Shown piece by piece: positions 8,638-18,131 of a stretch of 64,000 bases of DNA; within the stretch, counting starts at the first letter, position 1, and every line of letters begins with the position of its first letter. The notes under the pieces are model-generated. The model had not been told where the DNA came from, ran no database searches, and saw nothing but the letters and a program-made list of their open reading frames with translations. Location: IMG/VR virus record IMGVR_UViG_3300026094_000002; one strand, written 5' to 3'. Origin of the DNA: a virus. Its lineage: Duplodnaviria > Caudoviricetes. Position numbers and translations under genes: made by a program.

Positions 8638-11053
8638 GTTTGATGTATTTTACTTTGATAAAAAGCCAAACGTGTTTTCTCATGAAATCCACGTGAAAAG
8701 TATAGATGAGGCTAGAGAAAAATCTAAAACCAGATACTTTTGGATTTTGAATTACTTATCAGACTATTCTTGCTTTGATTTTATTTGGGAACCCGTTCCG
8801 TGGGAAAGTGAGTTTATTCACGCTTGGCCAAGCCAGTGGCAAAAAGATGGTCAAACATATCTAGTACCAAAAGAAAAATCTGTTGGCACAAAATACCACA
8901 AAAATATTATCCCTAGAATACTATCAGAAAAAAATTGGGAAATACCAAAAGATTGTATTGATGATAATTTTGATTTTACTTGGCATCCAGACCCAACTGA
9001 ACCACCATACATATATCAATTCGGTACTCAACACCAAAAGACAGGTGGCCCTAGATATGTCGTTCCCAATGCAACAGAAGTAAAATATGAAAGAAGCACA
9101 ATAGTTAAAAAAACTTCCATTGATAATAACTGGGAAATCCCCTCTGATATTGATGTAAATAATTTTGACTTCACATGGCACCCAGACGAAACAGAATCAC
9201 CATACATATATCAATTCGGTACTCAACACCAAAAGACAGGTGGCCCTAGATATGTCATGGAAGGTGCGACTGAAACAAAATTTATACGTGGCATAAAAGC
9301 CAAAAAAACCTCTATAGATGATAATTGGGAAATTCCTACAGGTGTCACATTTGAAGAGTTTGATTATACTTGGCACCCAGACGAAACAGAATCACCATAT
9401 ATCTATCAATTCGGCACTCAACACCAAAAGACAGGTGGTCCTCGGTATAGAATGTCTGGTGCCACAGAAACAAAATTTATACGCGGGATAAAAGCCAAAA
9501 AAACTTCTATTGATGATAACTGGGAAGTATCACCAGACATTGATGTGGAAAACTTTGATTACACTTGGCACCCGGATGAAACGGAATCACCATATATCTA
9601 TCAATTCGGCACTCAGCACCAAAAAACTGGCGGACCTAGATATATCACAAAGGGTTCTACAGAAACAAAATTTGTTCGGAATATATACGCTAATGTTAAA
9701 AGCAGTCCGGCAAAAAAAGTTTTTTTCATTGATCATTATGACGGGAACATTGACAAATCAATAGAATCTGTCAATTCTACAGACCTAGAAATATTAAAGA
9801 CACGGTATTCGTCAAATTATTTGAGTACAATAAGAAGAATAGCAAAGAAAGTTGGCGATGATTCTGAATACATTTGGATTTGTTCTTCGGTTTGTGATTA
9901 TACTGATTTTAATTTTTCTTGGCACCCAGAGCAGTGGCAGAGCAACATGGTCCATGTATTTCCAAGTAATGAGCAAAAATTCGGAGATACTTTTTTTATT
10001 CATGTGCCTTCAATCTTGGATCAATTAGATGTAGAATTATTAGAATGGCATAATATAAATTTTCTATCTGACATCTCAGTACCTAGATGGAATTGTCCAG
10101 AAGTAAAACACGATGATGATAGCCATATTGATGTGATAAAAAATCAAAATTTGCTGGCACCATTAACAATATTCTCTTGCGATAATGTCAATACTGATGA
10201 TATTAAAAATACCCCAACTGTTCCACTATGGGAAGAAAAAACAAAAACAATAGTACCACTATCAGATGGGGGATCTTCAGTTATAGTTCCCAGAGAAAGT
10301 ATTGCTTTTATTAATGATCAATTATATGATTATCCTTATATAGATAAAACTTTTTCTGGGATATGCGATGATAAACCATTAGACATTGTTTTTATATCTA
10401 ATGGTGAAACTAATGCAGAAGAAAACTGGGAACATTTACTCAGTGTTACTGCTGATAAATCAAATAGGGTTGCGAGAGTAGATGGTATAAATGGGCGTGT
10501 AGCGGCTTATCAGGCTGCTCTTGAGGAAAGTAATACCGACTGGGCATTTTGTGTGTTTGCTAAATTAAAAGTCAATCCAGAGTTTGATTGGTCGTGGCAA
10601 CCTGATAGAATGCAACAAAGAAAGCATTATATATTTCATGCAAAAAATCCAGTCAATTTTCTGGAATATGGTCATATGGCAATGATCGCATATAACAAAA
10701 AATTAACACTTCAAAACACAGGGGGTGGATTAGATTTTACACTTGACCAAGAACATGATGTAGTGCCACTACTAAGTGGAACAGCGGAATTCAATAATGA
10801 TCCGTGGATGACATGGAGAACGGCATTTAGAGAGTGTTTAAAGTTGCGTGATAGTTTGCCAAATATTGAAAACGAATATCGCTTAGAAACATGGCTTTCT
10901 GTCGGTGATGGCAATAATGGAGATTGGAGTGTCCGTGGTGCAGAGGATGCAGTGAGATATTACGAATCAGTGAATGGTGACTTTGAAAAACTCAAGTTAA
11001 GTTATGAATGGAAGTGGTTACAAGAGTTTTTTAATCGCGAGTACTCTCAATAA
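8636..11053 (+). CDS. Large protein with four 65-aa tandem repeats and a C-terminal GT-A-like domain
   Basis: Repeats NWEIP...FDFTWHPD.TE.PYIYQFGTQHQKTGGPRY; the C-terminal region DIVFISNGE...RVDGINGRVAAYQAA resembles a GT2-type fold. Confidence 0.7.
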   Translation: MFDVFYFDKKPNVFSHEIHVKSIDEAREKSKTRYFWILNYLSDYSCFDFIWEPVPWESEFIHAWPSQWQKDGQTYLVPKEKSVGTKYHKNIIPRILSEKNWEIPKDCIDDNFDFTWHPDPTEPPYIYQFGTQHQKTGGPRYVVPNATEVKYERSTIVKKTSIDNNWEIPSDIDVNNFDFTWHPDETESPYIYQFGTQHQKTGGPRYVMEGATETKFIRGIKAKKTSIDDNWEIPTGVTFEEFDYTWHPDETESPYIYQFGTQHQKTGGPRYRMSGATETKFIRGIKAKKTSIDDNWEVSPDIDVENFDYTWHPDETESPYIYQFGTQHQKTGGPRYITKGSTETKFVRNIYANVKSSPAKKVFFIDHYDGNIDKSIESVNSTDLEILKTRYSSNYLSTIRRIAKKVGDDSEYIWICSSVCDYTDFNFSWHPEQWQSNMVHVFPSNEQKFGDTFFIHVPSILDQLDVELLEWHNINFLSDISVPRWNCPEVKHDDDSHIDVIKNQNLLAPLTIFSCDNVNTDDIKNTPTVPLWEEKTKTIVPLSDGGSSVIVPRESIAFINDQLYDYPYIDKTFSGICDDKPLDIVFISNGETNAEENWEHLLSVTADKSNRVARVDGINGRVAAYQAALEESNTDWAFCVFAKLKVNPEFDWSWQPDRMQQRKHYIFHAKNPVNFLEYGHMAMIAYNKKLTLQNTGGGLDFTLDQEHDVVPLLSGTAEFNNDPWMTWRTAFRECLKLRDSLPNIENEYRLETWLSVGDGNNGDWSVRGAEDAVRYYESVNGDFEKLKLSYEWKWLQEFFNREYSQ
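8933..9700 (+). repeat. Intragenic tandem repeat, 4 x 195 bp (65 aa)
   Basis: The TGG CAY CCN (WHP) anchor occurs at 8981, 9176, 9371 and 9566, an exact 195-bp period; the core ...TATCAATTCGGYACTCARCACCAAAARACWGGYGG... is near-identical. Confidence 0.95.
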
Positions 11054-12110
11054 CAGATTCACCAATATACTCTACTTCACTGTCTGATAACTCTGGATAG
11101 CAAGGCAAACTTAGCACACTTCTAGATAACATACTAGCAGTGCTAATCATCCCCGGATTTGGATACTTTTTAAATGCAGGTAACTCAAATAGTGGCTTGT
11201 CATAATGTATCTTTGTTTCAATGTCTTTATCAGCGAGTTTTTGTTTGATTTTGTTTCTCTCGCTATGTGATATAACAAACTTATGAAACCCATGATCACT
11301 GATAGAGTTGACAAGAACATTAATACCATTTTTTTCAAATATGCGGTACCAATATGAAAAAATCTCCCGACGACGATCCTGCCATTCATCAATATATTTT
11401 GACTTTACCATGAGTTGAGCACAATCTACCTCACTCATTCTCAAGTTACTGCCTGTTTGATAATTATTTGGTTTGCCATTATTACGATATTGTTTTGCAA
11501 AAAGTGCAAAACTTTCATCATTAGTAACTACTGCCCCACCGTTAGCATAATTGCCAAAATTTTTAGTAGGATCAAAACTTAAGGCTGCAGCAATTCCGCA
11601 TCGTTGAGAATTGTTTGCCAGCCAGTGCTGTGCTGCATCTTCTATCTCAACAGCAGTTTTATGTTTTGCCAATGCATTACGAACATCGCCGCCATACAGT
11701 CCGACTAATACTATTAAATGTGGGTCAATATCACTCTGAATAGAATCTGGTTTTATTATTCCATACTTGTCTACATCTGCAAAACAAATTTTCCAACCAG
11801 AATTAGCAAATGCATTTGCTGTAGCAGAATATGTCAATGACGGTAGTACTACTATTGGTGTTGTAGAATCATCATATTTAAGCATGTTATACATGGCGTA
11901 CTTTGCTATTAATTCTAACGCAACAGTACCGCTTGTGCATGTCACTGCATAACGATTACTATTTTTATTTGCTAACCATGTCTCAAACCGCTCAGTGAAG
12001 GGGCCATCCATAAGAATGCCACTGGAGAGAACTTTATCAGTAGCGTCTAGTATTTCTTCTCGCAGATTTTTATACTGACGTTCTATGTTTGAGAATGGTA
12101 TGAAACTCAT
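11031..12110 (-). CDS. DegT/DnrJ/EryC1/StrS PLP-dependent sugar aminotransferase
   Basis: SGTVAL, IEDAAQ, LSFDPTKNFG (PLP lysine), GGAVVT and LSLPCYPEL motifs. Confidence 0.92.
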   Translation of the reverse strand: MSFIPFSNIERQYKNLREEILDATDKVLSSGILMDGPFTERFETWLANKNSNRYAVTCTSGTVALELIAKYAMYNMLKYDDSTTPIVVLPSLTYSATANAFANSGWKICFADVDKYGIIKPDSIQSDIDPHLIVLVGLYGGDVRNALAKHKTAVEIEDAAQHWLANNSQRCGIAAALSFDPTKNFGNYANGGAVVTNDESFALFAKQYRNNGKPNNYQTGSNLRMSEVDCAQLMVKSKYIDEWQDRRREIFSYWYRIFEKNGINVLVNSISDHGFHKFVISHSERNKIKQKLADKDIETKIHYDKPLFELPAFKKYPNPGMISTASMLSRSVLSLPCYPELSDSEVEYIGESVIESTRD

Positions 12111-12119
12111 TTAAAATAA

Positions 12120-13061
12120 TTATTGATTGATTAAATAGTCATAAGTTTTTTCTAACCCAATTTCTATATCAACTGTTGGATTATAACCAAGTAAAGACTT
12201 GGCTTTGTTAATATCTAACGTTCCGCGACTTGGATAAGAGTTATCTGGGTTGTTCATTTTGATTTCACCACCACCAGCGATAGCAGTGGCAATTTGTGCA
12301 GCATCATATATAGTCCGTGCAGAACCACGGGTCATGTTGAAAGTTTGATTCTCTGATTCTTTCTTTTCTGTTGTTAGTGCAATTCCAGACACTAAATCAC
12401 TTATGTATGTAAAGTCTATAGATTCATCTTTGCCATTTACAGTAAGTGTTTTGTTATCGTTTGCCGCAGACAAAAACTTTGGAACTATCCGGTCGCTAAT
12501 ATCATTTGACCCATATACAGCACTTGGGCGAATTATCGTGTATGGCACTGACATCTTAGATGACCAATCTTTAACTAAATTTTCACCTGCAAGTTTAAGT
12601 ATGCCATATTGACCTTTTGGATTGCACGGAGAATCCTCGGTAACTGAACCAGAAAAATCGCCATACACCATACTAGAACTAACAAATATAAATTTGCCAA
12701 CGTTGCTACATGCTTGTAATAAGTTTATATTACCTTCAATCATGGTTCTTGCAGCAAGTGCTGGGTTTTTGGAAACAGTTTTTTGACGTGGAAAACTGGC
12801 TAGATGTATAACCACATCATAGGAGTTGACATTAAAGATAGATTGGAAGTCGGCATAATCATTTATATCGGCTCGGTAAATAATTACGCTTTTTGGGATT
12901 GTTTTTAGCCTACTAGAAACTAATCGCCCAACTTCTGCAGAGTTGACCGAACCATAATCAGTGACATTGTCAATTATTGATACTTGATGGCCTAGGTGGC
13001 ACAAGTGTTGAACAAGATGGTGGCCTATAAAACCTAGGCCACCAGTTACCATTATTTTCAT
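12120..13061 (-). CDS. NAD-dependent epimerase/dehydratase (extended SDR)
   Basis: TGGLGFIG, SSSMVYG, YGILK (YxxxK) and DFTYISD motifs. Confidence 0.92.
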   Translation of the reverse strand: MKIMVTGGLGFIGHHLVQHLCHLGHQVSIIDNVTDYGSVNSAEVGRLVSSRLKTIPKSVIIYRADINDYADFQSIFNVNSYDVVIHLASFPRQKTVSKNPALAARTMIEGNINLLQACSNVGKFIFVSSSMVYGDFSGSVTEDSPCNPKGQYGILKLAGENLVKDWSSKMSVPYTIIRPSAVYGSNDISDRIVPKFLSAANDNKTLTVNGKDESIDFTYISDLVSGIALTTEKKESENQTFNMTRGSARTIYDAAQIATAIAGGGEIKMNNPDNSYPSRGTLDINKAKSLLGYNPTVDIEIGLEKTYDYLINQ

Positions 13062-13064
13062 TTT

Positions 13065-13745
13065 TTATTCAGAAACATACTCTTCACTCAGAGGAAAAAT
13101 CTTTGCGATTACTTCTGCACAGATTTTTGCAATCTCAGCGTGTTCTTTTTGCGTACCATTGCCAGATCTTAATTGTATGTAGTGGATCCAAGAACGAATA
13201 GTGCCATTCATGTACATTCTTGACATAATGTTTCCTTCTGGTAGAACTGCCCGTGCTTGTTCTTTAGCAATACCGTTTTCAATTGCCCATTCATATGCTT
13301 CCCTAGCAGTCTGGATGACATTTGCCTGTTTTTCATTCCACATTTCTTGAAGCACTTTATTGGAAGTAGTGTCATCAAGTTCTATTGAGTTTTGACGATT
13401 CTTATTATCTTGCAGACGTGCCTCTCTAATAACAAATTCTAAATCTTTGGTAGGATTTGCATACCTTTGGGACCATTCCTGAAAAGAAAAACTACGATGA
13501 CGCAAAATTTGACGAGCAATATCACGAGTTGTTTCAATCTCTAAACATGCAGAAACCATTTCAAAAGGACTCCAATGAGCATGTTTAGCCAAGAAGTTTA
13601 GCAGTTTTGTTGATGTTTCTGTATTATATTGATTATTTGGGTTACTTACCCGTGCACAGTATGCAATAAGGTCTTGCACATCATCAAGATCTTGATCAAT
13701 TAATTCTTGTGACGGTTGTGAATATGATATTAATTTTACGTTCAT
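13065..13745 (-). CDS. thyX: FAD-dependent thymidylate synthase
   Basis: HWSPFE, RHRSFSFQEWSQRY (RHRx7S), KEQARAVLP and TQKEH motifs. Confidence 0.95.
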   Translation of the reverse strand: MNVKLISYSQPSQELIDQDLDDVQDLIAYCARVSNPNNQYNTETSTKLLNFLAKHAHWSPFEMVSACLEIETTRDIARQILRHRSFSFQEWSQRYANPTKDLEFVIREARLQDNKNRQNSIELDDTTSNKVLQEMWNEKQANVIQTAREAYEWAIENGIAKEQARAVLPEGNIMSRMYMNGTIRSWIHYIQLRSGNGTQKEHAEIAKICAEVIAKIFPLSEEYVSE

Positions 13746-13990
13746 AGAGGATCTATCTCTTGATCATTTTCCATTTCCCAAGAATTAAGGATATTTCCTA
13801 AAGCAAGACCAACAATTGGATCACAATCATCACTTTCTTTATATTCAAAAATTTCTAAAATTTGTTCTTTTGACAATTCATCAGTGTCTTCAACTGAATA
13901 AAATTCTGTAACTTGATTTTCCATCCACTCCGTCGCAGTTCCTTCAATCATATCTAGCAGTTTAGATGTTTTCCCGGGATCATAACTCAT
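13742..13990 (-). CDS. Hypothetical acidic protein
   Basis: 82-aa ORF with upstream AGGAG ribosome-binding site; stop overlaps the thyX start. Confidence 0.7.
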   Translation of the reverse strand: MSYDPGKTSKLLDMIEGTATEWMENQVTEFYSVEDTDELSKEQILEIFEYKESDDCDPIVGLALGNILNSWEMENDQEIDPL

Positions 13991-14023
13991 GATGATTTGT
14001 TTCTCCTATAGTCATTGAGTTTA

Positions 14024-14329
14024 TTAGTCTAGTTTTAAAAGTTTGTTGGTCTCTGCTTGAACAATTCGGGCAACAGCATCAATATCAACATAGAAATCCA
14101 TGTCATCAGCACTGCCCCCGATTGTTGCTACAGTTTCATAGAAGATTGACTCAATAGTATCTGAAGACAATCCTTGTTTCTTCATTTTATCAATATCAAT
14201 TGTTTTGTGGTTTTCGTCGTCAACATTAACTGTGACACGTTTCACATATTCAATTGGTATCATTGTCTTATCTACCGAATTTATTATATCAGACCAACGT
14301 TCTACAAAGCCCTTTTCGGTTGGATTCAT
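14024..14329 (-). CDS. Hypothetical protein
   Basis: 101-aa ORF packed between co-oriented genes. Confidence 0.7.
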   Translation of the reverse strand: MNPTEKGFVERWSDIINSVDKTMIPIEYVKRVTVNVDDENHKTIDIDKMKKQGLSSDTIESIFYETVATIGGSADDMDFYVDIDAVARIVQAETNKLLKLD

Positions 14330-14332
14330 AAT

Positions 14333-14989
14333 TTATGAAGAAGTTGTTTTTGTGGTTTGTGTCTTGGTTTCTGACTTTGGCTTACGACCACGCTTAGCAG
14401 GTTTCTTTGGCTCTGGCTCACCCTTGAGTTCTGCAGCCTCTTTAAGAAGTCGCTCACTCTCTGCCATTAGAGACTCTGCTTCTGACTTCATTCGTGCAGC
14501 CTGTTGCTCAAAATCTTGTGCTAGTTTTGTATCATCAAGAACATTCTGTGCACCTTGTGCTGCTTCTTGTACTTGTGATGCACGAGGATCAACCATCCCA
14601 GCATTTTCGTCAAGATCAGAAAGCCTCTTAACCGCGTCTTCACCCTGCTTCATTTCGTTCAGAATAGTGTTTAACTCATCAAGACGAATAGTAGAACCCG
14701 GCTTTGGTGTCATTATAATCTGACTGGTTTGTACCTTTTTAATCATGCCTTCTTTGTGCAAAGATTCTAGGATAGGATTACCGTTTGGGAGAAGGTTCCT
14801 ATGCAACACATCCCCAAGATCGTCTGCTGCTTGTCCTTCGGGGCTTTCAATTGCTTTCATAATAGCAGAATCCCACTCACCCGGCAAAAGGTCAGGGAAA
14901 ACTACCAGTGCCATATGTTCCTCATCAGGAACCTGTTTGAATACAACAGCAACCTTGCGGTCGCCGTTTTTGCCTACGTGCTTAATCAT
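14333..14989 (-). CDS. Hypothetical protein with coiled-coil and basic tail (start revised to MIKHVG)
   Basis: ATG at 14989 overlaps the stop of the upstream gene; the longer ORF-track start runs into that gene. Confidence 0.7.
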   Translation of the reverse strand: MIKHVGKNGDRKVAVVFKQVPDEEHMALVVFPDLLPGEWDSAIMKAIESPEGQAADDLGDVLHRNLLPNGNPILESLHKEGMIKKVQTSQIIMTPKPGSTIRLDELNTILNEMKQGEDAVKRLSDLDENAGMVDPRASQVQEAAQGAQNVLDDTKLAQDFEQQAARMKSEAESLMAESERLLKEAAELKGEPEPKKPAKRGRKPKSETKTQTTKTTSS

Positions 14990-15191
14990 TTTGAGAATTC
15001 TCCTCGGTTGGTTCAGAATCAGTTGTTGTATTATCTGTAGCATCTAAAGAATTTAAGAAAGCGGCGATCTTTTCGTAGGTTTCTCCTACAATACGGCTTT
15101 CGTCGGCTTTAAATGCCCCACGTTGTACAGCAACATCTATGATTTTCTGTATTTGTAACAAATCGTTAATTGTTAATGTTTCTTCATTCAT
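14982..15191 (-). CDS. Hypothetical protein
   Basis: 69-aa ORF preceded by TAAATA 7 nt upstream. Confidence 0.7.
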   Translation of the reverse strand: MNEETLTINDLLQIQKIIDVAVQRGAFKADESRIVGETYEKIAAFLNSLDATDNTTTDSEPTEENSQND

Positions 15192-15232
15192 GGTCTATTA
15201 TTTACCAACATTATATCCGTATATAATAAAAA

Positions 15233-16468
15233 TTATGAATTATCTTTTGGTGTATATTTTACAGCAGTTCCATATGGAGTTTCGGCTCTGTCTACAGAAC
15301 TATGTAGTATAAAAAGTGTATCACAATAATCAGGGTCACCCCAATCATGAACAAACCCGTCAGTGAATACCACAAGTTGCTCTGGTTCAATTTGTTCATC
15401 TTTAAGAAAGTTAAAGATGCAACTAAATGCAGTACCCCCACCACCAATACATTCGTATTCAGCGATTGAATCTAAGTTTTCAGAATTGAAAACGTGATAA
15501 TTATATACTTCTGTATCAAAACTAAAAACGTGAAGATTAAAGGACACAAAGGTCTCAGTAATACCTTGAACCTCGCTTAGGAAATCACGAATCTGAGATT
15601 CACGAATAGAACCTGACAAATCAAGTGCAATTGCGATATCTACTGTTTCTGCATCATTATGACCGGGAAGGACTGCCTCAATATGCCATGAACGTCGACT
15701 CGGACGGTTCCAAGTGTAATCATCTTTAATTTTAGACTGCATAGTAACCTGCAGTAGTTCTCGCCAATCAAGTTGAGGCTCAATAAGATCTTGAACCATA
15801 CGACGCACACCCTTCGGAAGTGATCCCGGGTCAGATCCCTGTGCTGCAGCCAATGTTGCTTCTTTAATCTCATCTCTGATTTGCTTTTTTTCTTCCTCAC
15901 TCAGAGTTGGTCGACCATCAGAAGAAGAATTATCGGCATCGCCAGAGCCAGAACCATCTAGGTGTTCATCTAGAATCTTCTCAAGTAACTTATCAACCTC
16001 AATCTTTTCGGCATTATCAAACAAGTCATCATATACCTGCTCAGAACTCCAACCAATATATTTTGTGTCATAAAGACAATCTACCGTGGTAATAAATTCT
16101 CCCACGCCATGTTTTTTAAGATCGGCATTGACGCAATAATCATTGGCAATGTTCCAAAGTTGTGGATCACGGTCTCCACGCCGACCAAAGTGATCATAAA
16201 CACAATGTAGAACTTCGTGGCCAAACAAAAACTCTCGTTCAGCAGGACGCAAACTCTTAATAAATTCAGAATTGTAATAAAAGTTACGACCGTCAGTGGC
16301 TGCAGTTGGACACCAACTATCGGCGTTGACCAACTTTAGCCTAGTGGCTAGATTACCGAAAAAGTTAGCCTTGAGAAGAAGACCAACTCGGGCAGTCACC
16401 AACATTTCCCTAACTTCTCTATCAAGAACGGGATCAAATTCTGTCTTTTCAGTAACTTCTTCAGTCAT
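15233..16468 (-). CDS. Metallopeptidase-like (HExxH) plus vWA domain protein (DUF2201-type), MoxR partner
   Basis: TAATDG, HEVLH zincin motif, DLSGS MIDAS, GGGT and VFTDG motifs. Confidence 0.88.
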   Translation of the reverse strand: MTEEVTEKTEFDPVLDREVREMLVTARVGLLLKANFFGNLATRLKLVNADSWCPTAATDGRNFYYNSEFIKSLRPAEREFLFGHEVLHCVYDHFGRRGDRDPQLWNIANDYCVNADLKKHGVGEFITTVDCLYDTKYIGWSSEQVYDDLFDNAEKIEVDKLLEKILDEHLDGSGSGDADNSSSDGRPTLSEEEKKQIRDEIKEATLAAAQGSDPGSLPKGVRRMVQDLIEPQLDWRELLQVTMQSKIKDDYTWNRPSRRSWHIEAVLPGHNDAETVDIAIALDLSGSIRESQIRDFLSEVQGITETFVSFNLHVFSFDTEVYNYHVFNSENLDSIAEYECIGGGGTAFSCIFNFLKDEQIEPEQLVVFTDGFVHDWGDPDYCDTLFILHSSVDRAETPYGTAVKYTPKDNS

Positions 16469-16497
16469 TGTGATGTCCTTTGCGAATGAATGATACT

Positions 16498-16527
16498 ATT
16501 ATAGCAAACTTAGTACTTGTTAATCAA
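16498..16527 (-). promoter_or_regulatory. sigma70-like promoter for the vWA gene
   Basis: TTGATT-18 nt-TATAAT on the minus strand, followed by AAGGA and the start at 16468. Confidence 0.7.
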
Positions 16528-16533
16528 GAGATA

Positions 16534-16890
16534 TTATGAAAAAGATAAGTGAAAAAATGATAATTCTTTGTTACTACAAATATATATTCTCAAATCTTCA
16601 GTGCCATTCGACCATGACCAGTGAGGATTAACGTATTTGTTAATCTCGTTTGAGTCTTTTTCGCTAATAGGAGGCCAATTTACCCGCTTGGTAATAAACT
16701 TCCAGTCTCTCATTTCTTGCCATTGGCGAACTTCAGATGATGTTCCGTATTTCTCGGTAAACCAGTCTATCGCCTGACAAAAGTTAAGAGGACCAACATC
16801 TTGTCCCATATATTTTGAGAAACTGATATAACAAAAGAACCATTTATGATATCGGTGTCTGCGGTCAGTGTAATGCAGTTTGTACTTCAT
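16534..16890 (-). CDS. Hypothetical aromatic-rich protein
   Basis: 118-aa ORF between the MoxR and vWA genes. Confidence 0.7.
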   Translation of the reverse strand: MKYKLHYTDRRHRYHKWFFCYISFSKYMGQDVGPLNFCQAIDWFTEKYGTSSEVRQWQEMRDWKFITKRVNWPPISEKDSNEINKYVNPHWSWSNGTEDLRIYICSNKELSFFHLSFS

Positions 16891-16928
16891 TGAACCCTAT
16901 TTACAGTGGGGGTGTTTATTAAAATAAT

Positions 16929-16951
16929 AAAGGCGACCGCAGCCGCCTTTA
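16929..16951 (-). terminator. Intrinsic terminator downstream of the AAA ATPase gene
   Basis: AAAGGCG-N8-CGCCTTT hairpin followed by a T-rich run on the minus strand. Confidence 0.75.
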
Positions 16952-16973
16952 TATTGGGTTTTACTACCACCAA

Positions 16974-18065
16974 TTACGAATTGGCTTGAACAATATAATT
17001 TCCATAGCGTGAATGGAACTCTTCAAAGTTCTTCAACTTAGTTGGTTGTAGTGGAAGGTTATAAGTAGTAAGTGCTACCCTTGCTCCCATAACAACCAGT
17101 TCTGGCTCAAAGTTATCCATCATATAGCGGAAAAAGTAATCCGCCATCTTATGGAAATCCTTTTCATCAATCTCATTTTCAAGATTCTGCTTTAGTTCAT
17201 AGCAAAGGTTAATAACCAAACTATACATAGCAGAGATTTCGTTTACTTCTAGGTCAGTCACCTTGCCAGAAAGAATATCTTCAGCCAGCGGCATCTTGTT
17301 AGAAATCTTTCTATGTGCCATAAACTTGATAGCCAGACCTTCGCCAATCGTGCCGGAGACAAGATCAGTCAGCGTGTCGTGATCAAGATCATCATCTTCA
17401 AGAAGTTCTGACACAAATGACCACGAACGTGGAGTCGCGAACGCACGACTTGCACTCTTGGCATCAAAGTCATACAGATCTTGCTTAGCAAATGATAGAT
17501 ACCCAACAACATCACTATGGATTCCATTATTCACCGCCCAATCTTGCCAGTCAGCAAAATCTACACGCATTTCCTGATGAACAAACCGGTTCGCCAGAGG
17601 CGTGGGCATACGATAGGTAACACCCTTGTCACTCTCGCGGTTACCAGCAGCAACCAGAACAACATTATCAGGAAGCACATACTTTCCTACGCGACGATTA
17701 AGAATCAACTGATATGCTGCCGCCTGAACACTTGGTGGGGCAGAGTTCATTTCATCAAGAAATAGCACAACAACAGGGTACTGTGCCGCTGTCTTTTCAT
17801 CGGGAAGATCAATAGGTGGAGCCCAATCCATGATACCCTCTTCCTTGTTGTAGTAGGGAATACCACGAATATCAGTTGGATCCATTTGTCCTAGACGAAG
17901 ATCAATCATAAGACCGCTCATCTCTTTTGCAACATCTGCAACAATTTCAGACTTGCCAATGCCGGGAGGCCCCCACAGGAACAGTGGACGCTGGATGTTG
18001 AAACACTTTGTTAGTGCCTTGCGAATACCAGAAGGCGTTACTGTTCGAGTATCAGAATCAGACAT
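16974..18065 (-). CDS. MoxR-like AAA+ ATPase
   Basis: Walker A GPPGIGKS, Walker B LFLDE, AAGNR and LANRF motifs. Confidence 0.9.
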   Translation of the reverse strand: MSDSDTRTVTPSGIRKALTKCFNIQRPLFLWGPPGIGKSEIVADVAKEMSGLMIDLRLGQMDPTDIRGIPYYNKEEGIMDWAPPIDLPDEKTAAQYPVVVLFLDEMNSAPPSVQAAAYQLILNRRVGKYVLPDNVVLVAAGNRESDKGVTYRMPTPLANRFVHQEMRVDFADWQDWAVNNGIHSDVVGYLSFAKQDLYDFDAKSASRAFATPRSWSFVSELLEDDDLDHDTLTDLVSGTIGEGLAIKFMAHRKISNKMPLAEDILSGKVTDLEVNEISAMYSLVINLCYELKQNLENEIDEKDFHKMADYFFRYMMDNFEPELVVMGARVALTTYNLPLQPTKLKNFEEFHSRYGNYIVQANS

Positions 18066-18095
18066 TTTGTTTTCCTTTGCTTGAATTCAGGAAGA

Positions 18096-18124
18096 AGTAT
18101 ATTCTAATTTAGATAGCGTGTCAA
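18096..18124 (-). promoter_or_regulatory. Near-consensus sigma70 promoter (early) for the AAA ATPase
   Basis: TTGACA-17 nt-TATACT, then AAGGA and the ATG at 18065. Confidence 0.85.
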
Positions 18125-18131
18125 TAGTAAA

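Noticed and set aside
8933-9700. CRISPR array suggested by a recurring sequence of about 45 bp
   Set aside because: The period is 195 bp, the repeats are in frame inside an ORF, and the intervening parts are also homologous; this is a protein repeat.
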